Under the pieces are notes generated by a model, which saw only the letters and a list, made by a program, of their open reading frames with translations, was not told the DNA's origin and did no database searches. Of a DNA stretch of 39,975 bases, positions 25,776-35,574 are shown one piece after another (the stretch's first letter is position 1; each line of letters opens with the position of its first letter). This DNA is from a virus (lineage: Duplodnaviria > Caudoviricetes). The translations under genes and the position numbers were made by a program. The DNA lies in the IMG/VR virus record IMGVR_UViG_3300023081_001712, positions 1-39,975 of that record, one strand, 5' to 3'.

Positions 25776-28460
25776 ATGCCATATGTAGATGCATTTTTTG
25801 ACAGAGACGCTGACATCATTCGTTGTGTAGAACGCAAGGAAGGCAAGCGTCTATATAATGAATATCAAGCAAAATACACATTCTACTATGAAGATCCACG
25901 TGGCAAATACAAAAGTATTTTTGGAGACCAACTTCAACGTGTAGTATGCAAGAATACAAAAGACTTTCGCAAGGAACTTGCTATCAACAAAGGCAAGAAA
26001 ATGTTTGAGTCTGACGTAAATCCAATATTCCAATGTTTGAGTGAAAACTATCTTAACCAAGATGCACCAAAGTTGAATGTGGCGTTTTGGGATATCGAGA
26101 CTGACTTTGATCCAGACAGAGGTTTTGCTCCAGTAGAAGATCCGTTTATGCCAATCACTGCTATTACAGTGCATTTGCAATGGCTGGATATGTTGATTAC
26201 AGTTGCAATGCCGCCAAAAGGTTTGCCATTTGAAGAAGCAGCAGCAATGTGCAGAGAACGTTGGGGCGAGCAGTGTATACTGTTTCCAAACAGCAAAGAA
26301 GGCGAAGGTGATATGCTGGAAGCATTCCTTGACTTGATTGAGGATGCAGATATCCACAGTGGTTGGAACAGCGAAGGTTATGATGTTCCATACACTATCA
26401 ACAGAATACAACGTGTGTTAAGCAAGGATGACACAAGACGTTTTTGTTTGTGGGGACAGTTGCCCAAGCGTAGAGAATATGAAAAGTTTGGCAAGATGAG
26501 TGAAACATATGACACTATTGGCAGAGTACATATGGACTATCTCAACTTGTATCGCAAGTACACTTACGAAGAACGTCACACATATAGACTAGATGCTATT
26601 GGTGAAATGGAAGTTGGCGAAAACAAAACTGTGTATGAAGGCACACTTGATCAACTTTACAACAACGACTTTGAAAAGTTTATTGAATACAACAGACAAG
26701 ACGTTGCATTGCTTGACAAACTGGACAAGAAACTGCGTTTTATTGATCTTGCAAATGAGATTGCACACGACAACACAGTGCTACTACAAACAACAGCAGG
26801 CGCAGTTGCAGTTACAGAACAGGCGATTGTTAATGAAGCACACAGACGTGGTATGCAGGTGCCTAACAGAGTGAATCATGAAGGCAACACAGCAGCAGCA
26901 GGTGCTTATGTTGCGTTTCCAAAGAAAGGCGTGCATGAATGGATTGGATCAATGGACTTGAACAGTCTATATCCAAGTATTATTCGTGCAATGAATATGG
27001 CACCAGAAACTATTGTAGGACAAATACGTCCAGACTTAACAGATGCGTTTTTGCACGATGCAATGACATTGCAAAAGAAGTCATTTGCAGGTGCTTGGGA
27101 AGGTAAATTTGCAACACTAGAATATGATGCTGTAATGGAACAGCGCAAAGATGTTGCACTAACACTAGACTTGGAAGATGGTAGTAGTCACGTGTTAAGT
27201 GGTGCAGAGATTTACAAACTTATTTTTGACAGCAACCAACCTTGGATGCTAAGTGCTAACGGCACTATCTTTACAACAGAAGTAGAAGGTGTTATTCCAG
27301 GACTGCTAAAAAGGTGGTATGCTGAACGCAAAGAACTACAAGCCAAAATGCGCAAAGCTATTGACGCAGGAAACGACACAGAGATTGCGTTTTGGGACAA
27401 AAGACAACTTGTTAAAAAGATTAACTTGAACAGCTTGTATGGTGCTATTTTGAATCCAGGGTGTAGATTCTTTGATAAACGTATTGGACAATCCACTACA
27501 CTAACTGGTAGACAGATTGCAAAACACATGGCTGCGGAAGTTAACAAGATTATCACAGGCGAATATGACCATGTTGGTAAAGCTATTATTTACGGCGATA
27601 CAGACTCGGTTTACTTCAGTGCGTATCCTGTTCTAAAAAATGAGATCAAAGCGGGTGATATTCCTTGGGGTAAAGACAATGTGATTACACTGTATGATCA
27701 GTTGTGCGAACAAGCAAATACAACGTTTCCAGACTTTATGGCAAGAGCATTCCATTGTCCACGTCCACGTAGTGAAGTTATTGCAGCAGGTAGAGAAGTT
27801 GTTGCAGATACAGGATTGTTTATTACAAAGAAGCGTTACGCAGTGCGTGTGTATGATCTAGAAGGCAATCGTACTGACAAAGACGGTAAGTTGGGTAAAG
27901 TTAAAGCTATGGGCCTGGACTTGAAGCGTAGTGATACTCCAGTGTTTATGCAAGACTATTTGAAAACTCTACTTGATATGGTACTTGCACTTAAAGACGA
28001 GAAAGAAATACTCGATAGCATTACAGAGTTTAGACGTGAGTTCAAAGAGCGTCCGGGCTTTGAAAAGGGTTCGCCAAAACGTGCAAACAAGATTGGACAC
28101 TATCAGCGTCTTGAAGAAAAGCAAGGCAAAGCAAACATGCCCGGACACGTAAGAGCAAGTATCAACTGGAACACACTAAAACGTATGAATGGCGATAAGT
28201 ATTCACAAGACATCGTAGATGGCATGAAAGTTATTGTTTGCAAACTAAAACAGAATCCGTTACAATATACTAGTGTTGCTTATCCAACAGACGAACTGCG
28301 TTTGCCAGAATGGTTTAAAGAACTCCCGTTTGATGGCGATGCTATGGAAGAAGTCATTATTGACAACAAACTTGATAACTTGATTGGCGTGCTTAACTAT
28401 GATTTAGAAAGCACAAAACAAAATAACACATTTAACACATTATTTGAATGGGGTGATTAA
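25776..28460 (+). CDS. polB: Family B DNA polymerase (T4 gp43-like)
   Basis: Exonuclease motifs DIET, GWNSEGYD and YNRQD; polymerase motifs DLNSLYPS, KINLNSLYG, YGDTDS and KKRY. Confidence 0.97.
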   Translation: MPYVDAFFDRDADIIRCVERKEGKRLYNEYQAKYTFYYEDPRGKYKSIFGDQLQRVVCKNTKDFRKELAINKGKKMFESDVNPIFQCLSENYLNQDAPKLNVAFWDIETDFDPDRGFAPVEDPFMPITAITVHLQWLDMLITVAMPPKGLPFEEAAAMCRERWGEQCILFPNSKEGEGDMLEAFLDLIEDADIHSGWNSEGYDVPYTINRIQRVLSKDDTRRFCLWGQLPKRREYEKFGKMSETYDTIGRVHMDYLNLYRKYTYEERHTYRLDAIGEMEVGENKTVYEGTLDQLYNNDFEKFIEYNRQDVALLDKLDKKLRFIDLANEIAHDNTVLLQTTAGAVAVTEQAIVNEAHRRGMQVPNRVNHEGNTAAAGAYVAFPKKGVHEWIGSMDLNSLYPSIIRAMNMAPETIVGQIRPDLTDAFLHDAMTLQKKSFAGAWEGKFATLEYDAVMEQRKDVALTLDLEDGSSHVLSGAEIYKLIFDSNQPWMLSANGTIFTTEVEGVIPGLLKRWYAERKELQAKMRKAIDAGNDTEIAFWDKRQLVKKINLNSLYGAILNPGCRFFDKRIGQSTTLTGRQIAKHMAAEVNKIITGEYDHVGKAIIYGDTDSVYFSAYPVLKNEIKAGDIPWGKDNVITLYDQLCEQANTTFPDFMARAFHCPRPRSEVIAAGREVVADTGLFITKKRYAVRVYDLEGNRTDKDGKLGKVKAMGLDLKRSDTPVFMQDYLKTLLDMVLALKDEKEILDSITEFRREFKERPGFEKGSPKRANKIGHYQRLEEKQGKANMPGHVRASINWNTLKRMNGDKYSQDIVDGMKVIVCKLKQNPLQYTSVAYPTDELRLPEWFKELPFDGDAMEEVIIDNKLDNLIGVLNYDLESTKQNNTFNTLFEWGD

Positions 28461-28885
28461 TGAAAGTAGGATTTACTTGTTCAACATTTGATCTGCTACA
28501 TGCAGGACATATTCAAATGTTGCGTGAAGCAAAAGAGCAATGCGATTATCTCATCTGTGGATTGCAAATGGATCCAAGTGTAGATAGATCAGAAAAGAAT
28601 GCACCAGTGCAAACCATTGTTGAACGCTATACTCAACTAAAAGGTGTTTCGTATGTGGATGAAATAATCCCATATGGCACCGAACAAGACCTAGAAGATA
28701 TCTTGACAATGTATCATATTGATGTTAGAATACTAGGTGAAGAGTATCGTGAAAAGGATTTTACTGGCAAGGATATTTGCAAGAAGCGGGGTATCCAGCT
28801 ACATTTCAACAAAAGAGATCACCGCTTCTCAAGCAGCGATTTAAGAAGGCGAGTATGCGAAAGGGAAACAAATGTCACTACCTGA
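28460..28885 (+). CDS. tagD: Glycerol-3-phosphate cytidylyltransferase-like protein
   Basis: STFDLLHAGH, ER, YVDEII and R...SSS. Confidence 0.85.
   Translation: MKVGFTCSTFDLLHAGHIQMLREAKEQCDYLICGLQMDPSVDRSEKNAPVQTIVERYTQLKGVSYVDEIIPYGTEQDLEDILTMYHIDVRILGEEYREKDFTGKDICKKRGIQLHFNKRDHRFSSSDLRRRVCERETNVTT
28703..28731 (+). promoter_or_regulatory. Sigma70-type promoter inside tagD-like gene
   Basis: TTGACA-17-TAGAAT with a TG extension. Confidence 0.55.
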
Positions 28886-29054
28886 AGGAAGAAAAGCACT
28901 AACTGATAAAGATATGGTAATCTTGCTACACAATATGGCAAGAGATTTAGAACAACGTGATCCTACTCACGGAGCAGAACTACGTCAGACAGCAGATCGG
29001 TTTAATGAACTAGCAAAGGCAAAGAACAATGTGGACACTTTGGATCGTAAGTAG
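28872..29054 (+). CDS. Small hypothetical protein
   Basis: SD AAGGGA; tiles the operon. Confidence 0.6.
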   Translation: MSLPEGRKALTDKDMVILLHNMARDLEQRDPTHGAELRQTADRFNELAKAKNNVDTLDRK

Positions 29055-29193
29055 CGTTATTGGTAGCGCAGAACCTAAATACACTCGATATGCAGAGTAT
29101 GAACATTGGTACGAATGCCAAGATGCTTGGCGTGAAGTATCTATGGAATTTACACAAGAAGAAATAGCGTTCTGCGAGGACCCGAATGAATAA
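29029..29193 (+). CDS. 54-aa hypothetical protein (not in ORF track)
   Basis: Translated by hand as MWTLWIVSSVIGSAEPKYTRYAEYEHWYECQDAW...IAFCEDPNE. Fills the gap, with a hydrophobic N-terminus and two Cys. Confidence 0.6.
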   Translation: MWTLWIVSSVIGSAEPKYTRYAEYEHWYECQDAWREVSMEFTQEEIAFCEDPNE

Positions 29194-29899
29194 ATTTATT
29201 TTTGATGTGGACGGAACACTAACTCCGAGTAGACAAAAGATTAATCCTGAGTTTAAAAAGTTTTTTAAAAACTTTATTCAAGATAACAAAGTTTGGCTGG
29301 TTACAGGCAGTGATTACCCTAAAACTGTAGAACAACTAGGTGCCGACATTTGTGAATCGGTTGTTACTGTTTACAACTGTTCAGGTAACGATGTATGGTT
29401 CAAAGGTAAGCGTGTAAACAGTAAACCATTTACTGCACCAACAGAACTGTATGATCTAATGAATGGCTGGTTGCAAGGTAGTCCATTTCCACTACGCACA
29501 GGTAATCATATTGAAGAGCGCACAGGTACTATCAACTTCAGCATTGTTGGTCGTAACTGTACACTTGGCGAGCGCAAACTTTATGTAAAGCACGATATCG
29601 AAAACAGAGAGCGAGAAAGTATTGCTTTTCAAATCAACAGTGAGTTTCCAGAGATTACAGCAGCAGTTGGAGGCGAAACAGGTATTGACATTTATCGCAA
29701 AGGCGGAGACAAAAGTCAAATACTAGAAGATTTCAACAAAAACGACAAAATCTTTTTCTTTGGTGATCGTATGGAACCAGGTGGCAACGATTGGCCACTA
29801 GCAGCAAAACTCAATAAACAACGCTGCTATAACGTAAAAGATTGGCGTGACACGATGGAAAGATTACAATACTTTCAAGAGGCAAAGATAGCAGCATGA
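29186..29899 (+). CDS. HAD-IIB (eukaryotic-type) phosphomannomutase-like protein
   Basis: FDVDGTLT, VTGSD, IEERTG.INFS..GR, K and FFGD....GGND. Confidence 0.85.
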   Translation: MNKFIFDVDGTLTPSRQKINPEFKKFFKNFIQDNKVWLVTGSDYPKTVEQLGADICESVVTVYNCSGNDVWFKGKRVNSKPFTAPTELYDLMNGWLQGSPFPLRTGNHIEERTGTINFSIVGRNCTLGERKLYVKHDIENRERESIAFQINSEFPEITAAVGGETGIDIYRKGGDKSQILEDFNKNDKIFFFGDRMEPGGNDWPLAAKLNKQRCYNVKDWRDTMERLQYFQEAKIAA

Positions 29900-30657
29900 T
29901 TATTGCAGGATATGGATTTGTAGGCAAAGCACACGAACTACTATTCAAAGATCGTAGAAGAGAAATAGTTATTTACGATCCTCCTAAAGGTATGGAAGCA
30001 GACTTGCAAAACACCAGCGCAATAGTTGTTTGTGTTTCTACTCCACAGTCAGAGGATGGCACTTGTGATATGAGTGCTGTTTATGATGTTGTGAGTAAAA
30101 TCAAAGAAACAACACCTGTGTTAATCAAAAGTACAATCAGTTTACAAGGTTGGCAAGAACTAAAAACTAGATTTCCACAACATAGGCTATGTTTTAGCCC
30201 AGAGTTTTTGCGAGCAGCAAACTTTATGAATGATGTAAAAGACCTAGACAGTGTCATACTAAGCGGTGACACAGAATACTGGCGAGATCAATATGCATAC
30301 AACTGGCCCAACATAAAAATCTATATTGTAGATCCGGAAGAGGCTATTGCTATTAAATATTTCCGCAACGCTTTCCTTGCTACTAAAGTAAGTTTCTTTA
30401 ATGAAATATATGACTTTTGTAAAGCATATGGAATAAACTTTGATCAGGTACACAAAGGTGTAACCGCAGACAATCGCATAGGCGAAAGTCACAGTTATGT
30501 TTGGCCAGAAGAAGGCACAAGAGGCTGGGGAGGCTTTTGTTTTCCAAAAGACACAAGTGCGCTATTAAAAATGGCAGCAGAAAAAAATATTAATCTAAAT
30601 ACACTACAAGCAGCAGTAGATTATAACACAGAGATTAGGCTTGACAGAAAAGGCTAA
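29896..30657 (+). CDS. UDP-glucose/GDP-mannose 6-dehydrogenase family (short form)
   Basis: GYGFVG, VSTP, IKST, PEFLR, KY..N.FLA.K..F.NE and GGFCFPKD; ends after the central domain. Confidence 0.88.
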   Translation: MIIAGYGFVGKAHELLFKDRRREIVIYDPPKGMEADLQNTSAIVVCVSTPQSEDGTCDMSAVYDVVSKIKETTPVLIKSTISLQGWQELKTRFPQHRLCFSPEFLRAANFMNDVKDLDSVILSGDTEYWRDQYAYNWPNIKIYIVDPEEAIAIKYFRNAFLATKVSFFNEIYDFCKAYGINFDQVHKGVTADNRIGESHSYVWPEEGTRGWGGFCFPKDTSALLKMAAEKNINLNTLQAAVDYNTEIRLDRKG

Positions 30658-30669
30658 AGGCTTTATACT
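30641..30669 (+). promoter_or_regulatory. Sigma70-type promoter for clamp/dpdA operon
   Basis: TTGACA-17-TATACT, then SD GGAG and ATG 30689. Confidence 0.7.
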
Positions 30670-30688
30670 AAACAAAACGGAGATAAAA

Positions 30689-31417
30689 ATGCAAGACATT
30701 CTACAAGACATTGTAAGCCATACACATAGACTTGGCTTTATTACTACACTAAAAGTCACAGCAGAAACAGATACTGCAATCGAAAGTATGGCAGACGATC
30801 GCAGTGTGATTATGAATGCAACAACACATTCACCAGTTACAGAGTTTACAGGTACATTTGGTATGCCAGATTTAGGCAAACTTGACTACCATTTGAAGAA
30901 TCCAGAGTACAAAGAGAATGCAAGTATTGCAGTTGTACAAGCAGATCGCAACGGTGAAGTTATTCCAACACACATTCACTTTGAAAATGCAGGCGGTGAT
31001 TTCCAAAATGACTATCGCTTTATGAATAAAGCAATTATTGAAGAAAAGTTGAAATCGGTTAAGTTCAAAGGCAACAGTTGGGAAGTAGAGATTGAACCCA
31101 GTATGGCTGCTATTGCTAGAATGAAGCTAATGGCAGGTGCGCACAGTGAAGAAACTGTGTTCCAAGTAAAAACAGAAGATGGTAATCTAAACTTTTACTT
31201 TGGTGATGAAGCAACACATGCAGGTTCGTTTACATTCCAACACGATATCACAGGCAACCTAACACACACTTGGGCATGGCCAGTGGCACAAACTATTGCT
31301 ATCTTGAACTTGGATGGTGATAAAACAATGAGCATCACAGACCAAGGCGCTATGAAAATCACAGTAGACAGCGGCATGGCAAAATACGATTATATCCTAC
31401 CAGCGCAACAGAAATAA
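30689..31417 (+). CDS. DNA sliding clamp (gp45/PCNA-like)
   Basis: About 240 aa with a two-domain beta/alpha pattern, C-terminal YDYILPA and replication context. Confidence 0.65.
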   Translation: MQDILQDIVSHTHRLGFITTLKVTAETDTAIESMADDRSVIMNATTHSPVTEFTGTFGMPDLGKLDYHLKNPEYKENASIAVVQADRNGEVIPTHIHFENAGGDFQNDYRFMNKAIIEEKLKSVKFKGNSWEVEIEPSMAAIARMKLMAGAHSEETVFQVKTEDGNLNFYFGDEATHAGSFTFQHDITGNLTHTWAWPVAQTIAILNLDGDKTMSITDQGAMKITVDSGMAKYDYILPAQQK

Positions 31418-32874
31418 TGAAGAAAAACCTTACTGAAACACAAAATGATTATGCTGTATTTTTGCCAAGCATCAGTGGATTCTATGGCACTTTTGTAGGC
31501 AAGCAAAGATACGAAGAATATGTTGATCCAAAGCGTGTTCCAGCAGGTATTGGCGAAGTAGAAGCTCTTAACTTTTTGAATCCAGACAAAGGAGCGTTCC
31601 ATTACAAGTGGGCGCTCTATTCAGCTGGACATGCCGAGCTGGATGTAAACAAGCATTCGCCCAAAGAAGACATGGTTCGCAATCGTGACAGAGACAACAG
31701 TTGGTTGCTGGGTGACTCGGGTGGTTTCCAGATTGCAAAAGGACTTTGGGAAGGTGATTGGACTGATCCAAACTGTCCAAAAGCACTTAAAAAACGAGAG
31801 CTGGTTGTAAACTGGATGGAAGAATACATGGACTATGGAATGATGTTGGATATTCCAACTTGGACATTCCAAGATCCTAAAGCAGCAAAAGCTGCAAACA
31901 TTCACAGCTATCAAGATGCTGTAGATGCTACACATATTAATGCAAAATACTACATGGCTAACCGCCGTGGTAACTTTAAAGTACTAAATGTTTTACAAGG
32001 CAGCAATCACGCCGATGCAGACAACTGGTATAACGAGTTTAAAGACTATTGTGACCCTACAAAGTATCCAGACACACACTTTAATGGCTGGGCTATGGGT
32101 GGACAGAACATGTGTGATGTGCATCTTATCTTAAGACGCCTTGTGCATCAGATACATGACGGACTATTAGAAGAAGGTGTGCATGATGTAATGCACTTCT
32201 TGGGCACAAGCAAACTGGAATGGGCTGTGTTGCTTACAGACATTCAAAGAGCAGTGCGCAAGTATCACAACAAGAACTTTATGATTACATATGACTGTGC
32301 ATCACCATTTCTTGCTACTGCAAATGGCCAGATTTATCACAGCATTAGAATCGAAGATCGTGGCAAATGGAGTTACATGATGTCTCCAGGTGCTGACGAT
32401 AAAAAGTATGCTACAGACAGCAGAACATTCAAAGATGCTGTAGAACAAGATGGTATTCTCAAAGCCTTTGAAGACTCGCCTATTAGCAAACATTGTAATA
32501 TCAGTGATATTTGCATCTACAAACCAGGCGACTTGAACAAGATCGGCAAAGAAGGTAAAACTTCTTGGGATTCATTCAGTTATGCGCTGCAAATGAGTCA
32601 CAATGTATGGATGCATATTGAAAGCACACAGCGAGCAAACGAACGCTATGACACAGGTGAGTATCCTTACATGCTGATTGACGAAAGATTTGATCGCATT
32701 GAGTTCAAAAACATTGTTGATGAGATTTTCAGTCTCAAAGATAGACAAAAGAGTTTGGACTTGATTGAAAAGTATTCAAAGTTTTGGATGCAGGTTATTG
32801 GAACTAGACTAAATGTTGGCAAAAAGACAGTAAATGCCAGCACCAAGTTTGGAGAACTATTTGAGGAGATTTAA
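31417..32874 (+). CDS. dpdA: tRNA-guanine-transglycosylase-fold protein, probable DNA 7-deazaguanine insertase (DpdA-like)
   Basis: LGDSGGFQ, MLDIP, VLQG, GWAMGG, HFLG and YDCAS, the TGT catalytic motif set. No tRNA-TGT CxCxxC Zn site seen. Confidence 0.8.
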   Translation: MKKNLTETQNDYAVFLPSISGFYGTFVGKQRYEEYVDPKRVPAGIGEVEALNFLNPDKGAFHYKWALYSAGHAELDVNKHSPKEDMVRNRDRDNSWLLGDSGGFQIAKGLWEGDWTDPNCPKALKKRELVVNWMEEYMDYGMMLDIPTWTFQDPKAAKAANIHSYQDAVDATHINAKYYMANRRGNFKVLNVLQGSNHADADNWYNEFKDYCDPTKYPDTHFNGWAMGGQNMCDVHLILRRLVHQIHDGLLEEGVHDVMHFLGTSKLEWAVLLTDIQRAVRKYHNKNFMITYDCASPFLATANGQIYHSIRIEDRGKWSYMMSPGADDKKYATDSRTFKDAVEQDGILKAFEDSPISKHCNISDICIYKPGDLNKIGKEGKTSWDSFSYALQMSHNVWMHIESTQRANERYDTGEYPYMLIDERFDRIEFKNIVDEIFSLKDRQKSLDLIEKYSKFWMQVIGTRLNVGKKTVNASTKFGELFEEI

Positions 32875-33069
32875 ATGAGTGAAAATCCTGATAAACTACA
32901 AGCTCATTTTGAAGAATTACAACGCCGTCATAGAAATATTGACAAATACTTAGAAGCAGAGTATAAAAATCAAACAATCACTGACGAAGTTAGGGTTATG
33001 AAAACTCAAAAACTTTGGCTCAAAGACGAAATGCATCGAATAAAGAGAAAACTAGATAATGAGTCCTGA
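32875..33069 (+). CDS. Small coiled-coil protein (DUF465/YdcH-like)
   Basis: L...H..ID......MK.QKL.LKDEM pattern. Confidence 0.65.
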   Translation: MSENPDKLQAHFEELQRRHRNIDKYLEAEYKNQTITDEVRVMKTQKLWLKDEMHRIKRKLDNES

Positions 33070-33232
33070 AGAAAAACAGTTAAGATTAGAAACATTAGAT
33101 ATGGCAATCGAAGATATAAACAAAATCATTGCCACAATGGAAGACAAGCAATATCCACTAGAACAAATCAACGAATATTACAAAAAACGTTGGGACTTGT
33201 GGAACGAAAAATCACAAACTAAAAAGGCTTAA
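33059..33232 (+). CDS. 57-aa hypothetical protein (not in ORF track)
   Basis: Translated by hand as MSPEEKQLRLETLDMAIEDINK...RWDLWNEKSQTKKA; fills the gap exactly. Confidence 0.6.
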   Translation: MSPEEKQLRLETLDMAIEDINKIIATMEDKQYPLEQINEYYKKRWDLWNEKSQTKKA

Positions 33233-33233
33233 T

Positions 33234-33740
33234 ATGGAACGAGCATACGATCAAGGTGACAACATCAAAGATGTAACTATTTTTGTAGGTACAGAAGTAG
33301 AACATACTCCGCAATATGGCAAAAAAACATTGTTTGTAGTAGGTGTTCAAAATGTAGATGATATTATGCACACTGCTGAAGAGCAAGGATGCAAGCACAT
33401 TTATCTCGGCGCTAACATGAGTTGGAGCAAAGACGAAGCATGGGATGAAATGGTATTTCCACTACTGAAAGAAGGCTACTGGGTCACACTGGATTTTCCT
33501 GTGCAAGACATTGAATGGGTGCTAGAATGTGGCTATACAGAATACAATCGCTTTATTCCAATGATTAGTGTAAAAATGCCTTACATTGATCTACTAGGTT
33601 ATAATGCCTGTGTAAAAATAGATGATAAAGACTTTGATAGTACCAATCCAGGTGTATGGGTTCATAAGGTACATGATCTAAAAACAAGAGATACATTTAC
33701 CGATTGGTCTAAATACACCACAGATACAGTTATTGGTTGA
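33234..33740 (+). CDS. Hypothetical protein in deazaguanine locus
   Basis: GTEVEHTP.YGKKTLFVVG, HIYLGAN and KIDD.DF..TNPGVW.H; function not recognised. Confidence 0.7.
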   Translation: MERAYDQGDNIKDVTIFVGTEVEHTPQYGKKTLFVVGVQNVDDIMHTAEEQGCKHIYLGANMSWSKDEAWDEMVFPLLKEGYWVTLDFPVQDIEWVLECGYTEYNRFIPMISVKMPYIDLLGYNACVKIDDKDFDSTNPGVWVHKVHDLKTRDTFTDWSKYTTDTVIG

Positions 33741-33744
33741 CTAT

Positions 33745-34197
33745 ATGGCACAAGAACGTTATTATGAATATATGAAACGGCGCAACAGAGAAGAGGACGC
33801 TAAATTGACAAACGCATTAGAAAATGCAAAACGAAGTATTTGGGTAACTTTTACAAAAGAAGGTATCCACAAATATCCAGCAGCACTAGAAGATCCAGCA
33901 CTGGCAACAGGTGACGAGTATGACGTAAGTTTCTTAGGTTATCCGCATCGCCATATGTTCCATTTCAAAGTGCAGATCCAAGTTACACACAACGATCGCG
34001 ATATTGAGTTTATTCAGTTCAAGCGTTGGTTAGAATCACTGTATGCAGGTGATATCCTGCAACTAGATTACAAGAGCTGTGAAATGATTGCAGATGACTT
34101 GTACACACAGATTAACAGCAAATATCCCGGCCGGTTTGTTGTTATTGATGTCGCCGAAGATGGCGAAAACGGCTGTCAAATTGTATACCCAGCATAA
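33745..34197 (+). CDS. T-fold QueD/PTPS paralogue with LxxxHRHxF motif (DpdL-like)
   Basis: F.KEGIH, FLGYPHRHMF, IEF..FK, SCEMIA and V.EDGENG. Alternative start is TTG 33733. Confidence 0.75.
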   Translation: MAQERYYEYMKRRNREEDAKLTNALENAKRSIWVTFTKEGIHKYPAALEDPALATGDEYDVSFLGYPHRHMFHFKVQIQVTHNDRDIEFIQFKRWLESLYAGDILQLDYKSCEMIADDLYTQINSKYPGRFVVIDVAEDGENGCQIVYPA

Positions 34198-34210
34198 GGA
34201 AAAAGGTATA

Positions 34211-34399
34211 ATGACTATCAAGAATCCGGTAGTAAATAAAGTTTTTAATGATTTAGATGCTTTCCGCGACTACTGTCGTTTTGAAGGTAAAGTTTTTAAT
34301 GAAGCAGACTTGTATAAAAAGGATGCTCCTGTATGGCAGGCGTATCAAAAATATCAAGGATGGTTACGTGCAAAGGCACGTGTCAAAGGACGTCGATAA
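34211..34399 (+). CDS. Small hypothetical protein
   Basis: SD AAGG/AAGGA, ATG 34211, D.DAFRDYCR..G..FNEADLY, and a TAATG overlap. Confidence 0.65.
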   Translation: MTIKNPVVNKVFNDLDAFRDYCRFEGKVFNEADLYKKDAPVWQAYQKYQGWLRAKARVKGRR

Positions 34400-35574
34400 T
34401 GCGTAAACTGTTTTATATGGGCTTAGAGCCCTATGAAGGCAGGTACACACTACAGTTAGAAGATTGGTCACGTAGAGCTTTTCAACGTCGTGGCATTGAC
34501 TGGGTAAATGTTCCTGGCACAACTATTGACAATACAAAAGCTATTCAAGTAGGCCAAGTGTTAGACGCACATGGCCGTTCTTACTTTGCCATGTCGCAAA
34601 TGATGAACTTGGTACAAATGATGCGTAACGGTGAAGTTACAGGTGAAGATGTTATTTTCTTTGAAGATATGTTCCAGCCTGGTATGGAATCGTTGCCATA
34701 TATTATGGATCAGATTCCAACTGAACAACGCCCACAAGTTTGGATTCGTTGTTTAGCACAGGCAGTTGATCCAGATGACTTTGTACACGTTTGGGGTATG
34801 GGCAAATGGATGAGTTTGTATGAAGAAATGTGCAACGAGTTTGTTACTGGCGTATTAGCGAGTAATGAAGAAATGGTTGCACACATGAAGATTGCAAACT
34901 GGAAGGCTCCTATCTACAACATTAGCGGACTTGCATTTGATAAAACAGAAGTTGCTCTACGTGTTGGAGAAATCAACACTTGGGAAAAGCGTGATAATCG
35001 TGTTGTATTTGCAGCAAGGTTTGATCAAGAAAAGCAACCAGACTTCTTTATGGACATGATTGAAGAATGGTATGGTACACCGGGTACACAAGAAGTTGAG
35101 TTTGCTATTCTACAAGGCGGACCACTACGCAGCAACAATCAAAAATACATTGATCGTGCTCGTAAGATGGAAGAACGTGGTCAACTAAAGATTTATGAAA
35201 ATCTTAAGAAAAATGATTACTACAGTATTTTAAATCACAGTAAAGTTTTGTTTAACTGTGCTTTGCAAGATTGGACAAGTAACACCGTGAGCGAAGCAGA
35301 TGCACTAGGATGCAATGTACTGTTTCCAGCATATCGCAGTTTTCCAGAAATCTTTGCTAATGATTATACACGCATGTATATTCCTTGGAGTATTGATGAT
35401 GCAATGAACAAGTTAACACCGTTACTAAATTCACCGCATAAGGATATTGGTAAAATCAGCGATTGGACTAGTGCAACTATTGATCGTTATATTGACATCA
35501 TGCAAGGTAATGGCGAACAATGGCGTAGAAATAGCAATAGATATCGTGATTATGTTGCGGAGACAAAATATTGA
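34399..35574 (+). CDS. GT-B glycosyltransferase (GT4-like)
   Basis: VFAARFDQEKQP, Y..IL..SK and Q......SEA..LGC..L.P.Y.SFPE. Confidence 0.8.
   Translation: MRKLFYMGLEPYEGRYTLQLEDWSRRAFQRRGIDWVNVPGTTIDNTKAIQVGQVLDAHGRSYFAMSQMMNLVQMMRNGEVTGEDVIFFEDMFQPGMESLPYIMDQIPTEQRPQVWIRCLAQAVDPDDFVHVWGMGKWMSLYEEMCNEFVTGVLASNEEMVAHMKIANWKAPIYNISGLAFDKTEVALRVGEINTWEKRDNRVVFAARFDQEKQPDFFMDMIEEWYGTPGTQEVEFAILQGGPLRSNNQKYIDRARKMEERGQLKIYENLKKNDYYSILNHSKVLFNCALQDWTSNTVSEADALGCNVLFPAYRSFPEIFANDYTRMYIPWSIDDAMNKLTPLLNSPHKDIGKISDWTSATIDRYIDIMQGNGEQWRRNSNRYRDYVAETKY

Noticed and set aside
25776-28460. Intein or intron in DNA polymerase
   Set aside because: The 894-aa ORF is continuous with all motifs in order and no intein splice-junction or LAGLIDADG signatures.
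31417-32874. Canonical bacterial tRNA-guanine transglycosylase (tgt)
   Set aside because: It is longer and divergent, lacks the C-terminal CxCxxC Zn motif, and is coupled to the clamp gene. A DNA-acting DpdA-like role fits better, though it is unproven.
181-34398. Long N-terminal extensions given by the ORF track (181, 2095, 7271, 13986, 24589, 30641, 34088, 34333)
   Set aside because: Downstream ATGs with an SD or stop/start overlap fit better. TTG 30641 is actually the -35 box.
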